DNA of 64,000 bases from Antedon mediterranea (lineage: Eukaryota > Animalia > Echinodermata), in NCBI RefSeq assembly GCF_964355755.1, contig NC_092679.1, forward strand, positions 4,122,201 to 4,186,200. Direction: 5' to 3'. Position 1 is the stretch's first letter. Each line of letters begins with the position of its first letter. The notes under the pieces were generated by a model. The model was not told the origin of the DNA and ran no database searches. It saw only the letters and a list, made by a program, of their open reading frames with translations. The translations under genes were made by a program, and so were the position numbers. Shown here piece by piece: positions 59,910 to 64,000 of this stretch.

Positions 59910-61790
59910 CTGAATGATCCTTAACTTCAATTGTTGTCTTTTCCGATGTGATGTTTTCTAAGCGGTTTTCGCACATACAATGGTAACTTCCTTCATCACT
60001 TTTACTGATATTACGAAAACTAACCCATTTGTTCGTTTCATTTGAAAGCAATTGTTCATTTCGGTACCACGTGACAGAGGGGCTGGGGTAACCATTGCAT
60101 ATGCAGATCAAATCAACCATGTTACCTTGTTTTGTTGAAATTGTTCTTTTTTTAGTGTATTTTTTATTAAAATTCAAAGGAACCCGTTCTGCAATGTAAA
60201 ATGAAATGTCTAGATAGAGTCTAGCAGACTATCACAAGTCATCATAAACGAGTCTGGCTGTATTAAATACTTTTAATCATGCCAAAATCTCTATACTTAT
60301 TATTTCTTTTACAGCTCCTCGAGTAATAGGTACGCCATATGCCAAAATGTTCTTTTCAGGAATTTTAAGCAAAATCACTGTCTAGAACCTGTTTATAAAT
60401 CCCTGATGATAGAATACTATACTCACGTTTTATGCTAATGTTAATGTGTTTATTTACAGTTCTTTGTGCAATAATTGGTTCGTGAGAATATACGGCACAA
60501 GAATAAATTCCGCTGTCATGTTCTCTTGCTTTTCGTATGGTGTGACTCGCTGCAAACGACATGATGTCGTCGCTTCCACTACAACTACAATCTTTTGAAG
60601 TGTTGGTGGGGCAACCGTCGGCATTTGGACATTCATTGTCACTGTTTATGTCGCAAAACCACATTTTCATTTCATACATTTGTATGCCCTACGAAAATCA
60701 AATATGCATACACATCAGTATAATATTGAAACTAAATTAGGGAGAATATAAGGTCGGGATATAGGGCCCAGGATGCAAAGACAAAATAAACTATACCTAA
60801 CGCAAGCGTGGTTCCCACTAGCGACGCAACCCAAGGACGTTGACCAATGACAAGCAACAGGTTGAATAACTGAAGTTTAAAGTCAATAACATCCGTATTT
60901 TTTGCAACGGTGTAAGTGTTGCTGTTTATCGAAACGTTGTATAAGTGAGAGATGGGATCTGTGTACGAATCACCCCAAACATAAATGAATACAGCAAGGA
61001 ATTGTTATGAGACAACCGAACAATCATTTGCACAGCTTTGCGTAAAGTGCGGATTTGGTCTTGTTTTTGTGGAATGTGTGGTTGGAAGTGTTGGGGGGGG
61101 GGGGGGGAGTGGAGGTTGTGTTCATCGTGATGTTGAATTTGTGAAGGTAGACGACCTAGTAAATTAATCTCACCCTTTCTGGTAGTTTCTTTGTGGCATT
61201 ACATGTGATGGTTATATCTTGTCCTGGTGTAAATTCATACCCGTTAGTAGGCGAATCAATTTGAATGTATAGGTGTCCTTTATCCTCTTCGTTTGACACT
61301 AGACATTCACACACACAAAAACAGAACAAACATGTTGTGTAAATCTGATACCTTAAAATGTTTCCTTTATCTCAATAATCAATCAACTGTTTAGAGAGTA
61401 ACTTAACTGAGAATTTATAAAAAGTAAAACAGCTTTTGCATCCCAGACGTTCTAATTCAATACTTTAATATTGAAGTAGTAAATAATATAGCAATAACAT
61501 ACATCTGTAAACGAGAGTGTGTGACGGTATTGACGTGTTTTCACTGGTCAATCAGTGTATATGGGGATCAGTCAGTATTCGGTCAGAAGAAACAGAAATA
61601 AAAGTGTCGATCTATTGTCAGCTGATTAATCGATATTTAATCTGTTAAAAATTATTTTTTAAGTAAGCTAAGACTTACCTCCGTCACTTGATGTAGGCCT
61701 ATTGTTGAAGCCCGCTTGAACTAAGCTAGTAAGGAAGTAGGAAAGAACTAAGCTTACTACACCAAACACTGAACTTAATTTCATAATCAT
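59910..61790 (-). CDS. Two-Ig-domain secreted or receptor protein; four 5' exons, 3' end unresolved
   Basis: Exons 61790-61679 (signal MIMKLSSVFGVVSLVLSYFLTSLVQA), 61298-61174 (GQDITITCNA), 60688-60427 (W...DSGIYSCAV), 60188-59910 (LICICNGYPSPSVTWYRN...DEGSYHCMCEN). All GT-AG, in phase and without stops. Confidence 0.82.
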
Positions 61791-62302
61791 TGTGGATCGT
61801 TTCGTCTTGATTGTAACGTATTGACTCTCATTAACCCGAGTCCTGCCGTAAACTGTAACAAGACCATACATAGAGAGCATACATACAGGCAATAGGAAAT
61901 TATACTTTTAACGTTTCCATTGTAGATATTTTAAAATATTCTGTTGTTTCTAAAACGATGCTATGGAAAGTCCGCCATTATGTCATGAGATCGGTTTATG
62001 AAGCAATTTCCTGGTGTATAGGCCTAATATAGTATATTAAATTCGGTCAATTGAAGCGATGTGCTTCCGTCCGTAGACTTTCAGTTTGTTGAAGTCTAAT
62101 GGTCGTCTGTTGTCCCATTGAAAACATTGAAAATAATATTAATTTTTTTTGTTTTTGTTGAATATGCCATTTCAATTTCACAGAAAACAGTTGACAATTT
62201 GATCGAAACATATGTAACTTTTTTATAAACCGGTGCACAAAAAACATTTCTGTTTATCATACATTCCTATAATTATCGAGCCATTAACACACAAACATAC
62301 AG

Positions 62303-62337
62303 GGGTGAAAACATAACCTCCTTGGCGGAGGTAATAA
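62303..62337. mobile_element. Helentron/HINE-like terminal remnant
   Basis: gaaaacataacctccttggcggaggtaataa hairpin terminus; a similar gcgagcgaagcgagc...ctagt end lies at 19460-19504. Confidence 0.45.
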
Positions 62338-64000
62338 CTAGAATTTAATTCGTTACTTTGACGAATTATAGGTGCTCATTTTTATAATTTTATTGACATT
62401 CATATTTTGCACGTATGTTAACATACAATCGGAAAATGTTGATGCCATCCTATTATACGCTTAGTGTTGAGTTGTGCCTATATATGCCATATACATTATG
62501 TACAGTATATACTGTATACGGTATCTATATACAGTGTAGCACCTACTTTTTAACTCCAACTGGCCATATGATAACGTCACAGTATCTGATAGGCTTAATT
62601 TTTATATGAATACATATCTACATTGCACCAGCTCTCATAATAAGTTATAAACATCAAGGTCAACTTTAATTCAGAAGAGCTGTAAGGTATTCAAATTTAC
62701 CTTGTAAGTGAAATTACGTAACCACCGTTATTTAAATTTTAAGACGTGATGACGTTATCCAAATGAAAATCTTGGCAACTCATAAGTAACATAATTGGTT
62801 GAGGTAGAATATATTAAAAATTAAAAGAAAATTGATCACAGATAAGCGAGTTGCGCTCTGTTGAATATGGTGGTCTATGACAAAAGGGGAAAAAACCCTA
62901 TTTTAAAAATTCATGTGGCCAAATGATGACGTCATACCATTTTGTACGTCTAATGTGTATATACATTTATATCATGGAGGAAAAACCCTCCATGTTTATA
63001 TCTACAACTCATTGGCTTCCATAATAAGTTAAAAAAATTGGGGTCACCTTCCATTCTGAAGAGTTATATTCATTTTAAAAAGGCTTTATTTTTTACCATT
63101 TTTATCACTTTTGTACAATTAATGTGCGCATTTTGTCTTTTTTTTAACGTGCTCGTATAGCACTATTTTAAGTCGAAATGGACTCAAATTTGGTGACTGT
63201 ACCAAGGAAGATGAGTAGAATGCAATTTGTACAAAAAAATGTATTTTTTACGCTTTTTATGTACGCACGCGCAAAAACGTGTTTTTGCGCAGTAATTTTT
63301 TAAAACATGCAAATGCTCTAAATTTTATTTGCTAGTATTTTGACCTTGACCTGAAGTTTACCTGTAGTGAATTTCATTAATATGTGATAGGCCTAATGAA
63401 TTATGGATTTCAGGATTAAAGTGATGAGTTACGTCATTTACTCAGAACTTGCAAAGTTGGGTGAGAAGAAAAGGGCATTGCAGGAAAGGAGTGGTTCTTT
63501 CAAACCCTCGTCCGCTGGCTCCCTGGTAAGATGTTGAAAGGACATTACAAAATATCCAAAATATTGTCTTACAACATCAAGTGTTCGAATGGAGCATACA
63601 CCACGTGATAAAAATGGGAATTCCCCGTCGACGATCCAGGAAAAATAAACATAACCTTTGACATAGAGCCTGAATGAATGAATGAGCACCATGTATGTAT
63701 TTCTTTGTTTGGTTTTTGTACCGATTTAATATTCTTTCCTAAACTAAATTTTCGAGGTGATTGCTTTGAATACTGTACACTCGTGATTGATCCTGTTCGA
63801 TAGAATTTGAGCCTCTCTGTCGGGACAATTCCGTGACAAAGAAAGAGCAAGGCTTTCTGAAGCACCAACAGCTCCCTAACTAAAAGATAGGCTAGGTCTT
63901 AATAATCGACCGTCATCATTTGGCCTGCACCATTTGGCCTACATCATCGGGCCTAGCCTAGTAGACAATTTTAGGCCTACTTACTAGGTAATTTTGTACC

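Overview
AT-rich, intron-containing eukaryotic DNA; an echinoderm-like marine invertebrate is my inference from the repeat landscape. The window is a head-to-tail, minus-strand tandem array of three ~17-23 kb units, each made of an Ig-receptor segment, a shared spacer and a large type-I membrane receptor gene. Copy 2 (38998->23119) assembles into 21 GT-AG, phase-compatible exons (7581 nt, 2526 aa). Its domain order is: signal peptide, EMI, alternating NIM/cbEGF, 2 Sushi, EGF, an unknown beta-rich region, a long coiled-coil hairpin with a mirror-symmetric 16-Cys stem and amphipathic tip, a double furin site, 2 Ig, a SEA-like segment, 2 GCC2/GCC3 repeats, TM and a Tyr tail. Copy 1 (18015 to beyond the left edge) looks like an intact paralogue. 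Copy 3 (~56850->48000) has lost its promoter, signal exon and the whole central module, but keeps in-frame EGF-Sushi-TM exons and an ITIM-like tail. It lies just downstream of a 4-exon two-Ig gene (61790->59910) to which it is splice-phase compatible. Introns and spacers hold Rex1/Babar LINEs with nested insertions (including a 5S+tRNA composite SINE), a 5'-inverted RTE-like LINE, other LINE ends, MITEs and copy-specific minisatellites. All gene models were built by eye and need RNA-seq confirmation.
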